Source: Moniliella sp. 'wahieum' (lineage: Eukaryota). From it: a DNA stretch of 64,000 nt. Below the pieces are notes generated by a model. That model was not told the origin of the DNA. It did not search any database and was given only the letters and a program-made list of their open reading frames with translations. Positions 36,990 to 51,594 of this stretch are shown piece after piece; the first letter of the stretch is position 1, and the number at the start of each line of letters is the position of its first letter. The stretch lies in contig RSEE01000150.1 in assembly GCA_003971905.1 (NCBI GenBank), positions 1 to 64,000 of the forward strand, in the 5' to 3' direction. A program made the translations under genes and the position numbers.

Positions 36990-38570
36990 GGGGCTGATGA
37001 TCTCCATGACCCATGGGAATGACAGTGGTGCTCTCAGCTGAATTGTTTGTTATGATTAGGTGTGATCGTTCCATGTTGTCTGTGAGCGTTTGCATGAAGG
37101 CGCTTGCGCCCACCCAAGTGAAAACCAGAGCAAAACCGCAAGTGGCGGGGCGATGATCATCGAGGTCATTGGCCAGTCGGGTGTTGCTCCACCTGGTCTG
37201 TCTCTCAGGCCCCCTCCCGTCCCTCGTTTTGCCCAAAATCACCATCCCTTTTATGCTGCAGGAAAACCCTCGTTGGACTTGGAGATTGCCATCACTACAT
37301 ATACTCTTCGCCTCTCCCTCTCTACTACCCGCCGCTATGAACCCCTTCCCCCGCCCCTCTGCCCCCCGCGGTTCTGGGCACCCCAACTATACAATACGGG
37401 GAAGCACCCTTTAACTATATATGGTTCACAGGCCCCAGTATAGAGTCCGCCCATGGTATATGCATGATGCTTCAAGGGTAAATGGAATCGCAAATGGCAA
37501 CTTGGTCCGGAAGAACCACTGCACTGTCTGGCAGGGGAGAATAAAAGACGAAGATGAGAATCAAGGAATCAGAGTTTGGAAGATGTAACACCCTCATCTT
37601 CTGATTTAATCGAGTCGGGCTCTGAGTCCGGAAGGGAGATCCAACAATCGCATGTTTGGTCCAGGAGATTCATCAACTCTGGCAGCAGCCCTGTGCGCAG
37701 GGGCTGATCTGGGTCGTCGTTATTGTCCTCCAACTCTATCTGCCAGCTGTAGTCATTGGTGTAGACTTGCAAAAAGGCCCATCCCTCCGTCAGACCCATG
37801 CGTTGCTGAGCCTCGGCTTGGAGGTCAATTAGATCTTGGGCTGGTACTTGGGAAGAAATGGGATGGACCATCGGATGCCCGTAGTTGTCGATCGCAAACT
37901 CCCACTTTTCCGCCGCGGGGCCGAGGCCATTGAGAACGTGGACCAGTATGTTTCGGTTTGGAACGGGAAAGTCGGCGGCCAGGTCCTGCACGCTGTACCC
38001 TTCGCAAGGCAGCTTCATCTCCATCTTGAGCGGTGTAGACATAGGGGGTGGTAGGAGGGGGATATACGTGCGAGTGACGAGGCCAGTGGTTGGACGGAGA
38101 GTCTCGAGAGACTGCATAGGAGTGGGTAAGCTATTTTTGATGTCGCCGATATTTATACGCGGGCACACTTATATGGATACTGATGCACTGTTGCACTGAT
38201 GCATGAGCCACAAATCACACAGGTCTGACTCGATCGACTCCGACTTTGTAAAAAAAGGTTGAAGCTGAACGTTGAACGTGTTGAACGTTGAACGTTGAAC
38301 GTTGATGATCGCGAGACAGAGAGAAGATGACTAAACCCCGAACGTATAGGCATGATGCATGATCGTCGAGCGATCGTGTACCATGTCCGATAGTCGAGAG
38401 AGATGGCCACCGACCCTACATAACCTTCTTGGCGAGATGTTTGCCCCTAACACACTTCCCTTTTCCTTCCCATATCGCGCTGCGCTCCCATCATGTTGGG
38501 TCAGCTCATCTCGTTCGTTTTTTCCCTTTTGATGGCCAGCGCGGCGGGAGCAGCCTCCTCTCTTTTGGCA
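36990..38570. repeat. Tandem segmental duplication, copy B
   Basis: See copy A. The offset is exactly 2240 bp across the ORF core. Confidence 0.9.
37569..38117 (-). CDS. Orphan gene, copy B (MQSLETLRPTT..), ending in PTS1-like SKL
   Basis: Uninterrupted ORF ending ..EDEGVTSSKL-TGA. TATAAA at 38152-38157. Confidence 0.65.
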   Translation of the reverse strand: MQSLETLRPTTGLVTRTYIPLLPPPMSTPLKMEMKLPCEGYSVQDLAADFPVPNRNILVHVLNGLGPAAEKWEFAIDNYGHPMVHPISSQVPAQDLIDLQAEAQQRMGLTEGWAFLQVYTNDYSWQIELEDNNDDPDQPLRTGLLPELMNLLDQTCDCWISLPDSEPDSIKSEDEGVTSSKL

Positions 38571-39803
38571 CTGGCTCCGCCAATCCTTTTTGCTTTCCCC
38601 CATTATCCCTCTGCTGCATTGTTTCTCCCTCACTACTACCTCCATCTTTGCAACTAGTTCTTCGTGGGTTTCCCCCGGGCCACAATCCATTGGCATCTCC
38701 GCCTCCTTCGTCAACCATACAGCCCGCTGCATGCGTATCATGCCGAAGCAGTATTGGCCGAGGAACACGCCACGCTGGCCCAGCCCTCCTGCCCCGCTCC
38801 AGCTCCAGCTCCAGCTCCCGCACCCAGCTGGACCAATTGGGCTCCCCGAGCCGGCATTTGGACCGGCTAAGCCCGGCCTCGAGCTTATCTACCGCCAGCG
38901 CTTCAACTGCCATATCCCGCTCTAGTCGGTCGACCGCGACACCGTATCGGCGTCCTCCGGTTCGGGATTAGGTTCGGCTGAATCGGGATGGGGATCGGGA
39001 TGGGGATCGGGAGGGAACACGCTTGCCACGTCCTTCAGGCTGGGTCCCACTCCGTCGCCCCACCATGGCACTGGGGACGTGGGTGGCGGTGGTGCGCATT
39101 GACAAGGCCGTCCGTATATGTCTTGCGCGTGCTTGCGGCCTTGGGGCAGATATAGGAATCATGGTGGTTAGGGATGGTAGGTGATAGATGATACTAGAGA
39201 TGGGGGTCCCTGAGCTGCAAGCAACCTGCGAGGGGCGAGGGGCGCACAGGCCCACGCTCCACCCGCAGTATACGAAGTGAAACACGCATATGAAACCAGT
39301 CAGATGGTACAGGATAATAGATTAGCGTTCTTGACAATGCGTTCAACGTTCAACCGTTGAGTTCAGTTGGGGGGGCGAGGTGCGGGGCGCGGGAAAAACA
39401 GGACACACGGCAGGAGGAAATAGGAAATACGAGAGGCGGGGGGATGGCAAAGCAGGACAGGTAAAAGGTACAGTGCAGGGAGCGAGGCAGAGGGGACGAG
39501 AGACAAACAAGAAACAAGAAACAAAATGTGCAGAACAGAGACTCTATTATTGGTTCTCAACGTTGCACACCAACGAACGAGCGAACGAACGCACGAACGA
39601 ACGAACGAGAAGATATCCGTGTTTTGGTACAGGGACGAAGGCATGCGAAGCCCCCCCCCTTGCCCTTCCCCGGACCAGCACAGACGAGCTGAAGGGGTGT
39701 ACCAAAACGGTTCAAGGTTCAACCCAGGAAGAAGTGGAGGCGGGGGGACGCATGCAACTGGGAACCATTGGAGGCCTGCACCTTGGGCCTCACCCTCACG
39801 CCC

Positions 39804-42800
39804 TCATACGAGCAGCCGCAAAGCAGGGCGCACAAGGCGGCGCACCGCGCAGACCTGAGGCTCAGGCTTGACGCCTACTAAGCAGCGGCCAACCATCCAA
39901 ACCGTACCCACCACCACTCCCGGTCCACATGCGTCACTGAGAACCGAGTGCCGAGTACGGAGTACGAGTACAGAACAGAGCAGGAGTAGTGGTGCGGACG
40001 ACGACGGTCGGTCCCTGCCACGGGGGGTGATGGTTGCGGTACCAGTCTCCCCCCTTGGCTCAGGGGGCGTTCCAAGCGGGCCCAAGACGGGGGGGCACAA
40101 CGGCCGCTCGTTCTTCCGGTCGACGTAAGGGGGATAGGCGGGATGGGATGGGCGTTGGACCAGACCCGGTCCTGGTCTTGGTCCAGGTCTTGGTTTTGGT
40201 TTTGGTCCAGACTTGGCCGGAAGGGTACCGCGTCGCATGGTCCGGTAAGGCGAGGTGGGTGGGAAGTGGCGCCCGAGTGTCAGGGACCAAGGGATCGGTC
40301 CAGTGAGGAGCGGTCGACTTGGCAGTCGGATCAGAGTGCGGGGAGCGAGGTGCGGTCGCAGGGCCGTCTTGCCCTTCTTGCTCTTCGTCCACTCGCGTCC
40401 CGGAGGCAGGAGACCTTCGATGAGGATCGGAGGAGGACGATGGTATGGTTGACCCAGCGTGCGGATCACCTGTTCCACGCCCTGGTGGCGTAACATGTTT
40501 TCATCCAACACCCCAATTGCCGTTTTCCGATTAAGATGGAGGAAAGCTTGGCGAAAGTCGTGGGTTGCCTGGTGCAACGCCGGGGCCAAGGCGAGGGACA
40601 CGGTGCCGGTGCCATCGAGCGGGTCCCCATTGGCAGAGGAAGTTGAAGATCCCGACCGCGCACGCAGCGCAATCATCTCCTCCATTCGTTGTCGCGCTGC
40701 TTCGACGTGCTTTTCGCGGTAATGCGCCAAGGCATTGTGTTGTCTCGTGAACCGCGACCCGCAGGGATGAAACAGACATCGAAACCGTCTTAAGGCGCCG
40801 TGCGTGGTGCGCCAGTGACGTCCTGCATGGCCCGTCGTGCTGAACGTCAAACTGCACCCAGGCCACCCACACGGGTACCGTTTCGTTCCTTTGACCAACA
40901 CAGGGGCCATCTTGGGCCGGTTCTGTGGAGCGGCGGCGGCGGCAGATGCTCATGCGCATGCGCGTGCGATGCAGGCAAGGCAGAGTAACCGTTCGGACTG
41001 GGACCTGGGACGGAAGCTACACCATGTATAATTCCAATCCCCAAGCAAAAGAGGCAGAGAAGCAGGTCAGTATGGATCCGCACGAACATTGAAGGCAGAG
41101 GTTAGGTGGGCCTTGGGGAGCCCAACCAAGACTGCACACAAGAGGCTGGCGCCCAGTTAGCACGAGAGGAAGCTGCCTGCGTACCTGGGTGTGAAGGGTG
41201 GACTGCGTAGGTGGCGAACGGGGAGGCGAGCGTCGCTGGGCAGGGGGGGCGGTACGCGCGGGACTCCATGTACGCTTCGGAAGTTGTAGGATCAAGTTGC
41301 GTCGACTGAAGTGGACCGCTAGCCCAAGTGGGAGCGGGGGTAGGGGCAGGGGCATCCGCCGTGGTATCTGCCAGAGTGTACCCATTCCCATTCCCGTGCC
41401 CACCATGGCCCCCATGACCAGTGGCCGACGCCACCGGCTGGGCCGGCCACGACGAAGAGGGCGGAAAGGAGTGGTGCGCTGAGGCCTCGGGCTCCCATCG
41501 CCAGGACTCGGCAGAGTAGAGCGGCGCGGGCGGTCGTGGGCCAGGGCGGCGGGGGGGTCCGAGGGCGGGCGGAGGGACGAGGGAGGCACAGCAGCCGTAG
41601 GGGGAACCGAGTGTGGGTGTGGTGGTGTGGGTGCTGGTGTGGGTGCTGGCGGGGTCCGACATGGGGCTCGGCTGGGTTGTCTGGGCGGGCGAGCCGGCCG
41701 AGGGGACGGAGGAAGCGTACCCGATGCAGCTCGGCTCGCCAACATGGTACGACGCTGCTGGCTTGCCCAGCGGGGCAGGGGGCGGGATCGGCATAGGGAG
41801 CAGGGGGTGGCGGATCGGCATAGGGGGCAGTGGTACTGTTGCCCCCAGCCACAGAGAACATGGTCGAGGTGCCTGGGCGTCGTACAGCACCGAAGGGCGG
41901 TACTGCGCGGCGGCCTGGCTCGGCGCCGGGGGAGGCAAGGGCTCGCCCTGGCCCTGGCCCTGGCTTGGCCTGCGGATGGGGGTACGGGATGGGCAAAGGC
42001 GCGGGGCAAGGGGGTCGGGTGGGGGGGCAGGTGCGGGTCGGTGTGACTGCGTGGGTGGGGGTGGAGGGGAGGAAAGGCGAGTCCGTTCGGCGCATCGGAC
42101 GCAGCGTCGGGTAGGTGGTGTGGACGGATGCAGGACTAGGGCTGGGGCCGGTGGGATGGACGATGGGCGGCACGGCGGGCGCAGCGGGCGCCGAGGCGGG
42201 TCCGACGGGGGCGAGGAAGGCGGATGCGCCGGCGCCTCGGTGGGCCCACCGGGTTGGCTGGCTGCCGCCAGGAAAGCTAAAGTAAATCCATCGGGGCGCT
42301 GGAGCTGGCGCTTGCATGGTGGGTCGTCGGACCGGTTGCCGGCCAGCCACTAGCAAGTCCCGGTGTGGGCGTGGAAAGCGGAGCTTCCTCTGCCCCACCA
42401 GCTGCCTCGGTCGTGGAGACATAGCTGGGCGGCAGCGGAGTCGTCGGCCCAGGACCAACGCCCACTACGGCGGGGGGACGGGAGTGAGCGGAGGCTGCCC
42501 CGCAGAGGGAGGAAGGCAGGCGCGGCGGGTGTGTAGCGGAGACGCTTGGCGGCGGGAGCGTTGGCCTCGGCTCGGCGGGCGGCGGTCTCGGCTTTGAGTT
42601 TGGTGAATGCCTGGGCAGGGGAGACGGGTGGGTGGAAGCGGGGCGTGAGCTGGCCGGGGTCGGTGCGCAGGGGCGGCGTGGCGATGGTGGAGACGGAAGA
42701 GGAGGAGGCGTGTGGAGGAGATGGGGGTTGGAGCTGGTGCTGGTGCTGTAGGAGGAGAGGGAGGAGGAGCTGGGCATGGCCCATGATGGGCGGGAGGAGG

Positions 42801-43027
42801 CGGAGGAGGAGGAGGAGGAGAAGGAGGAGGCAGAGGACGGGTGGGTGCGCTGGAGCGGACGGAGGTCGGGGCGACGGGGCGCCGTGGCGGGGGCCGGGAG
42901 GGGCGGTGCTGACCATGGCCACGGTTGGGGATGGCGGGCGGGGGGCTTTGGCGTCGACGGTTGTGGCGGCGCTAGGGCTGGGCGCGGGGAGAGCAAAGAG
43001 GCTGCTGACGGATGGATGGCCGCGCAT
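39804..43027 (-). CDS. C2H2 zinc-finger transcription factor, Nrg1-like
   Basis: Two fingers, YPCGWPGCSLTFSTTGHAGRHWRTTH and FRCLFHPCGSRFTRQHNALAHYREKH (~40700-40880), resembling Nrg1 TTSGHLARH/FSRxDNxxQHY. The Pro/Ser-rich region from ATG 43027 is probably exon 1, with a putative intron ending at 41017; that linkage is inferred. Confidence 0.75.
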
Positions 43028-44899
43028 GGTGGTGTCGCCGGTGCGGATGGGAGTGGGCGGCCCCGTTGGTCTGGGCGGGAGTGCGGGTGGTGTTGCTTGC
43101 GGGGAGGAGAAGAGAAGAGGCGCGGAGGGACAGATGGTGGCGGGGAGAGAGACGAGAGACAGAGACAGAGAGAGACAGAGAGCGCGAGGAGCTGTGGGCT
43201 GTGTGCTGGCCGTGTCGATCGGAGGCGGCGAGGACGGACACTCCGATGGAGTACGCCGTGGCTGAACTGACCGCGTGACGCACCCCAGCCAGGGTGCTCG
43301 GTCCCCGGAGTCGGTAACCGGTAACGACAGTGGGCATTCGGCCACTCGTACCCAGTATTCTCTGTAGGTTAGCGCAGACACTCGCAGCTGGGCTGTGCCT
43401 GCGGCTATCCCTGGCTACTGTCGTACCGGCGCGGTTCCGAGCGGGAGCAGAGGCGGAGTGCGTCCGTGTCGCTCTGCGTCTGGGTGGGTGACGCAGCGAC
43501 GTGTGACATGGGAGGTTCGTAGACGGGCCGTGTTGCCGAGGCCGTGTCTGTAATACCTGGTCGATGTGGGATCTGGCTTCGCAGAGCAGGACGCAGCAGC
43601 CCTCAGGCTGAGGCGCGAACGCCCCACCGCGCTGCTGCGCCTGGCGGCGGGGTGGCGTTGGGGTGTGGGATGTGTGGGATGTGTGCGATGGAGATGGCCG
43701 TGGGCAAAAGGGCCTGTGTGACATGTGACAGGTGACAGCACCTATGAGTGTGATCAATACCCAGCGACGGAGGGGCTGGTTCGTCTGGCCGATGGAACAT
43801 GGGACAGGGATCTGGGCCATGAGATGATGCGTGAGTCAGAAGACAGGGTTTAACGTTAACGTTCTGGCTCAGCCTGAGGCACGTGCTGAGACGCATGCGA
43901 CTGTGACATGCAAAGAACGCGCCTGGTGGCGTCCAGCACACCCTCGAACACCGCCACCCTCACACACCAAACCCATCTGTTGGATCTGACACCGTCACCG
44001 CGTCACCCTCCATCGAATACCACATCAAGCGCATTTGGAATTGCCATTACCAAGGCTTCAACCTTCAAGGAAGACTCCCTGGCTGGTTGGGAATGGATAG
44101 CACGCTTGGCCCCTGCTTGGTGCCCCCAGTTCCTTGCCTTTTTGCTCCTGTCGAACGAAGGCTTGCTCAATCCAACATCGATTCCAGCGACCATCAATGT
44201 CATGCATCATCCATCCATGTCATCGATCGCCCACTATCGATTCTCCATCCTGCCATGGGTACCTGGGTGGTAGTTTCCGATCTCAGACTGAGATATTCCA
44301 TCTCAGATCTCAGATCGGACAATCGGGACCGTCGGGATGCTGCATGTCTGATGCGCGAGGACACACATCACCGATCAACTAACGCACTCTATGCTCAGTT
44401 GCTCAGCGTTTGACAGTGCGTCTTGGCCCGCCGATGGTTTCCGCCCATCTCGCCTAGGAGATGGATCGGAAAATAACAAACGGGAGCCTGTCGCAGACGG
44501 CAGCAGCTACTCCGTACTCTACCTCACGTCTCATCGTCCCTATCTGTAGCACCGCGGTCGCTTCCATCTTCGTGCACCGATCCTCGCTCCCCTCCAGACC
44601 CTCCTACTATGCGTCACGCGTTACTAGTTACTAGTTACTCATGGTCGCTTGGTCACACGAGTCACATGTGATGTCAGGGTTAGAGTTCCCAGTTCACATT
44701 TCCATGTCACCATGTCACCGGTCACCTGCCCGCCCATCCATCGACCATCCCATCCCAGCGATTCTATTTCCCTCAAATCTGTAGCGGACCAGTGTGGCTC
44801 ACCGGACCCTGTGGCCTCTCTCTCGGATGGTCGATGGTGGCGCTCCTGCTTTCCTCGATCTCCACTCGACCCACAGCGCCGATCGCACACCGCGTGTGG

Positions 44900-46310
44900 A
44901 TGCCTTGGACCAGTCCATGGACGTTAAGGACAAGCGCGACGCCGTAGAGCAAGTGACTCGGTTGAAGGCTTGACTTGTAGGCCGCGGTTGTAACCAGGTC
45001 AAAAGGGGGGGATACTTTGACACGTACGCTCCACTTGCCAACAGGTAGACTACTTGGCGGGCTCTGTGCGCGCAAGCGGTGCTCAAAGGTACGGTTCTTC
45101 TTCATTGGGATGCGGAGAGTGCGTTTACTCAACGTACACTGAAGGTGGAGTTGTACATTGCGGTTCCCGAAGGGGTATAAGACGTGCCCCCAGGGAAAGT
45201 GTTGCGTTTGGTCAAGAGTTTCTACGGGACAAAGCAAGCAGCCCGCGCCTGGTCCGAGATGCTCCGTGACGCCCTCGTTGCTATTGGCTTTGTGACGATG
45301 CCCAGTGACCCCCTGTTTCTACCAGTTGCGTGACGGCACTCGGTGCATGTACTTGATCACTTGGGTGGACGATATCATCACTAGCAGTCCTTCGGAGTCC
45401 TGGTTCGCCGCTGTTCTGCCCAAGCTCCAATCCAAGGCTGTCATCAACTCACTTTGCCCAGTGCGATCGGCTCTGGGTTTTAAGGTGGTGTATGACCGCA
45501 ACGGCATTTTTTCACTGGATCAGGCTGGGGCTTCAAAGATGATTCCGGCTCGCTTCGGATTGGAAGGCGCTAAGCCACGCACGCTGCCCTTGCCCCAGAA
45601 CGGACTGAACTAAGCGTTGGCTGCGGCCAAGGAGGAGCAGGCGGTAAAAGGGTTCTCCGTCAACTATCGCGCTGCCGTCGGTCCAGTTCTTTACCAAGCA
45701 ATTGGTACGCGTCCCGATCTTGCTATGCCCTTCACGTTGTTACTCGTTTCCAGCAGAAGCCCAACTGCATCGCTTGGACCCTGCTCAAGAACCTGATTTC
45801 CTATGTCGGACATACCGCAAACACTGGGATTGTTTACCAGCGAGATGCCGCTGCTGGAGGGCTGCAACAAGGATGGTGTGACGCGGCCTTTGGAGAGAAC
45901 TCGGATTGTCGGAGCTTGTGCGGGTGGTGTGTTTACTCTGGCCGGAGCACCGTTGGAATGGTACACAAAGAAGCAAACCAAGGTTACTGTCAGTACTCAG
46001 GAAGCCGAGTTGCATTCTGCATTTTTGTCGCACTGAAGGAGGGCACGTGGTTGAAACAGCTAGTCAAGGATCTTGGTATCCAGGAGGGCCTGATTACCAT
46101 TTACTCTGAAAGCCAAGCGGCACTGGCGTTCATTCAAGACCACTCGGCGCATGCTCAGACTAAACATTTCGACGTTGAGCTCCAAAGCCTGCACGAGATG
46201 CATCGGTCTAGTGAGATCAAATTCGTTTATGCTCCCACGCAAGAGATGCTGGTCGACGAGTTCACGAAGGCTCTCTTTTCCGCGTCCTGGGCTTGTGCTT
46301 CCCACTGAGA
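44900..46310 (+). mobile_element. Ty1/copia LTR retrotransposon relic (reverse transcriptase plus RNase H)
   Basis: LKA*LVGRG..YFDTYAP, LVKSFYGTKQAARAW, DPCFY, ITWVDDI, YRAAVG..TRPDLA, KKQTKVTVSTQEAE, TKHFDV and MLVDEFTKAL. Internal stops and frameshifts; no gag or integrase seen. Confidence 0.9.
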
Positions 46311-48824
46311 GAGTCACTTGTGTTCACGCTTAGTTAGTCAATGTACTGCCGTACTGGCCTGCCCGCGTTATTGGCTCTCTTCCTTCACCGTTTTTCGTCT
46401 TATCGCCCTTGTCTCCTCCGGTCTTCCCTTCGTCCTTTGTCAATGGCTGACGCTTATGGCTTCACTCCTCAAAGGATTGTCTGTTCCCTCATTTCCTCTC
46501 CATAGTTGCCTCGTCGGGTCCTGGGTCCTTTGGCCCCACATCAAGAGACGAAAAGGTCACCGACGAGGCCCAACAAGCACGTCTCTCGGAACGAGCAGCC
46601 GCATGCGGCACCAACAGGCGGCGGCCCTATGGTCGAGACCTTGATATCAGTGGCGCACGCAGTGATTCAACTCCCACGTCGATGGTCCCCGCATGGTTGC
46701 CTTGTCCGGCAGACGGGGGTGGCGGTGCTGTTGGATGGCCACCTATCGAGGGGTTAGCTGGACCATTCACTCATTTGAACGAAACGCAATTGCGTCTGCC
46801 CGATGGGTCCCTCTGTCGGGGGAGGTAGGTGGTGGCCTGTGTGACGGTTCGATCGCATACAAGGGCGCGCTCTGGGCGGGGCGGATGATTTTCGCACCGC
46901 TGTGCGTGCCAATAAATGCGGAGCGAGTGTCAGTGAAGACCTACGTGGCGGGGTGGATTTTCTTCATTGGCGGGGCATGTGTCTTCGGGAGGGTCGCTAA
47001 TGTGGCGAGCCTCCCGACCCAGTGTGCGCCGGGGCAATGCAGCGGCGTGTGATGTCGCTGTCCGCCCGGGTGCGTGCTTGGCATGTGCTCTACTGGACCC
47101 CTTTACCGTGGACGTTGGCGTTGCCGCCGGCCGTTGCTCCTGTAGCACTGGAAGCCGTGCGGATGCCTGCCGAGCCCCAAGCGCCGCCCTCGCATAAAAG
47201 AGTGTGGGTGGGAAACTGCCCAAACATGGGTTCGAGCAGTCGGAGGCCAACTCCTGCAGAGACTGTACCTGCAGCTAAAGTGGCCAGCTTGGGCGCGCGG
47301 TCGTGGCGATTCTCCGCACCTAGACCCTGCTAGGCGGGGCGATCATGCCCAGGCTTGGCGGGGCGGTCGGTGCGTGTCAGGCGGCGACCTGGCGTGGCAC
47401 GCCATTTTTCCCGGCGTAGAGACCCGACAGGGGTTCTCTGAGTGGGGGTGTTCCTTCGATCCGATGCAACTGTCATGCGCGGGGGCGGTTTCGTCGAACC
47501 ACACTTGACCAGAGACCTCACGGATCTTGCACAGCGATGAGCAGGACCTAACCTGGTGGCTGTACCCCTTTCGTTCGTCTTTCTCCCTGGCTGCCTGAAC
47601 GCAACACCATGGCTCATACATGGGTATGGGGGCGAAATGCTCCCTCTTCGCCCTGCAGAACCTGACCCTGCAGTATACTGGCAGCTACGAAGCTTGGCAT
47701 CTTTCTCCCATTCCGACTCTCTTTGGTTCCCCTACGCCTCCAACCGGCTCACGCAAGACTGCAAGAGCACCATTGCCTGAACACAGGTTCAGGTAGGGCA
47801 CGGCCCGGGACCTGCAAAGACTGACCCTGCGGCTTCCCCGGTCGAGTTGGAGGCTTCCGACACGGTTGACTGAACTGTATACGTTCGGTAGGTTGAGATC
47901 GCTTGTCCACGATCTGGAGGCCCCAAATTAGGTTGCCACATCGGACACACGGAAGCAAGAGCGTGGTTGCTGGGGGGGGGGGATGGAGGCAGATGGGGAG
48001 GAGCACCCAAGCCTGTCGGACAAACTGTCGTGCTCCGATACGGCCAAGACTGATCTGAAAAGCTGTTGATCGTCTTCCCCTCCCGTTTCTTGGCAGGGAA
48101 ACTGGCACGCGGGGCAGAGCGCTGGGAGGAGTGAGCGGGCGCACGAGTACGTGGGCTGACGGTGGCCTGGGGCAGATGAGGGAGTACCAGGCAAGGCCAG
48201 TAGCGTGTGGAAGGGTCGGGACAAGGTAGACGTACAAGCATAGCATGTTCACCCCCGCCGTTGTCGTTGTCGTTGTCGTTGTCGTCGTCGTCGTCGCTGT
48301 GGATGGCGGAAGTGCGCCGGGGGATGCGGGTGCGAGGCGGAGGAGGCAGGCAGGTATACTTTCTCCTATAATCACCCAGCAGCCCCCGCACCGCTATGTG
48401 GCCCCGCCGCATCCGCTTACTCAACAGACAGGGGCAGGCGGACTCTAAGGGGAGGCGTGGTTGGTCTTCGCGCGTCTATCAGAGAATGGGTATGGATGCA
48501 TAGCCGCTCGTGCCTCTTGAAGCTTGAAGCTTCACGCCGCCGCGTTCCTCTCTCCCGTCCCGTCGCGCCGCGATGCGGCCTGCCATGAGCCCCGCCGGCC
48601 GCCCAGCCGGCCCGTCACCCGCAGCGGCACGTACCGCCTTGTCGACGTGCGCGACACGCCCCCCCGAGCCAGCGAGCGACGGCGGTGCGCGTGCCTGGTG
48701 CACCGACGCCGTGTCCTGGAGCAAGGGTGCCGCTTCGGCTTCGTGTGCCGGCGCCGGGGCGGGGGGTTGTGCCAGCGCAGTCGCAGCCAGTGCGTGGGGC
48801 GATGCCGGACCGCGGCTGCGCGCA

Positions 48825-50243
<1,419 letters not shown>

Positions 50244-51594
50244 CGTCGTGGCGGCGGCTGTGGGGTCGGGAAAAGCGGGTGGCGCAGGCGAGCAAAGAGG
50301 ACCATCGGGCAGGCAGAGGAGGGTGAGGGCCTGGCGCGACGACGACGACGGGTGGGGGGCTGGGCTGGAGGACGGAGCAGGCTGAGTGGAGCGCCGAGGA
50401 CGAATGGGCGCGCTGAGTGGGAGCACGTGAAGCTTTGGATGAGAAGGCCCGTGAAAGGCCAGGGTGTAGTGGCGCTGGCACTGCCGCCGTGGCAGCTGTC
50501 GCTTGTGCGCTGGAAAATGTGCGCTCAGCTGAGCGATCAATCGATCAGGCGGATATTGGTCGCTGAATTGTCATGATCTGCAAATCACATGCCCTCGGTC
50601 AGCAGCGCCAGCCCCGCCCTTCCTGGCCAGTTTGGCCTCCCGGTAGGCGCCGCCACGAGCGCCTGATTAGCAACAGCTCGTCAAGCTTCAAGCATGTGCA
50701 TGCTCCTCCATCATACTGCAACTGTCTCTGTGTTCGTTTCCCCAAGGTCACATGTGGCGGCCACATGTCACACATCCATTGCGACGATTAGAAAACGGTT
50801 CATGCATCATGCATCATGGCCCTGATCATTGAGTACAACAAAACAGCAATTCATTACGGAGGAGACGGGGGGGTGCAGGCAGCACGACACTTACCACTTC
50901 ACAAGGCCAATGTTAATGAACGTTGAACAGGGGGAGCAGGCCAGAGGGAGAGGCGATGTGGATGGAGGAGGATATCTGTGTGGGAATCAAATAAGCCGGG
51001 GGACCTGGGTCAAAAGGAGCAGTGGCAGGGGCCGATGCTACGTGTGCCGCACACACAGAGGATGGTCCTGGATTCAACTCGAGTCAGTCTCAGCATGCCA
51101 AGAGGCAAAAGAACGGCAGGGGGGATCAGGGTAACTATGACAAGATCTCGAGTCATCGTGTCCGACCCATGGTAGATAGGTCGGCCTTGAGAAGAGTGGG
51201 GTATTGTCATCCTCTCCAGAGGAGAAGAGCAAGACGTACCTTGTGGGAGGACCCGCATCCGGGGTTAGTGGTGGTCGGTGGTCGGTTGGTGGTTGTGCGG
51301 TTCAGTGGTGGGGAAAACGCTGGAGAGGCAGGGGTCTCAACGTGCGTGATATACGCCGCAGGAAAAACTTGCACCTCCACGAGGCGGAAGACGGGTGGCG
51401 GGCGGAATGACTGCATCACCTGAAATTGCAAGACTGCACCTGAACGTTTAACCGCCTTATCGAGCAAGTTGCAATTTCATTTGGCCCATCCTCTAACCAC
51501 AGGTCCGCAGGACCGCCACGCCGCTGGGTTGGGCCAACGACGGAGACGGGGCTGATTAATGATTGCCAGTGATAGTGATAACGAAACCCTCCCC

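Noticed and set aside
46311..47750. 3' LTR or a second element (tyrosine-recombinase-like GYSHQVR) after the copia relic
   Set aside because: There is no matching second LTR in the window, the PPT is weak, and the peptide similarity is too faint.
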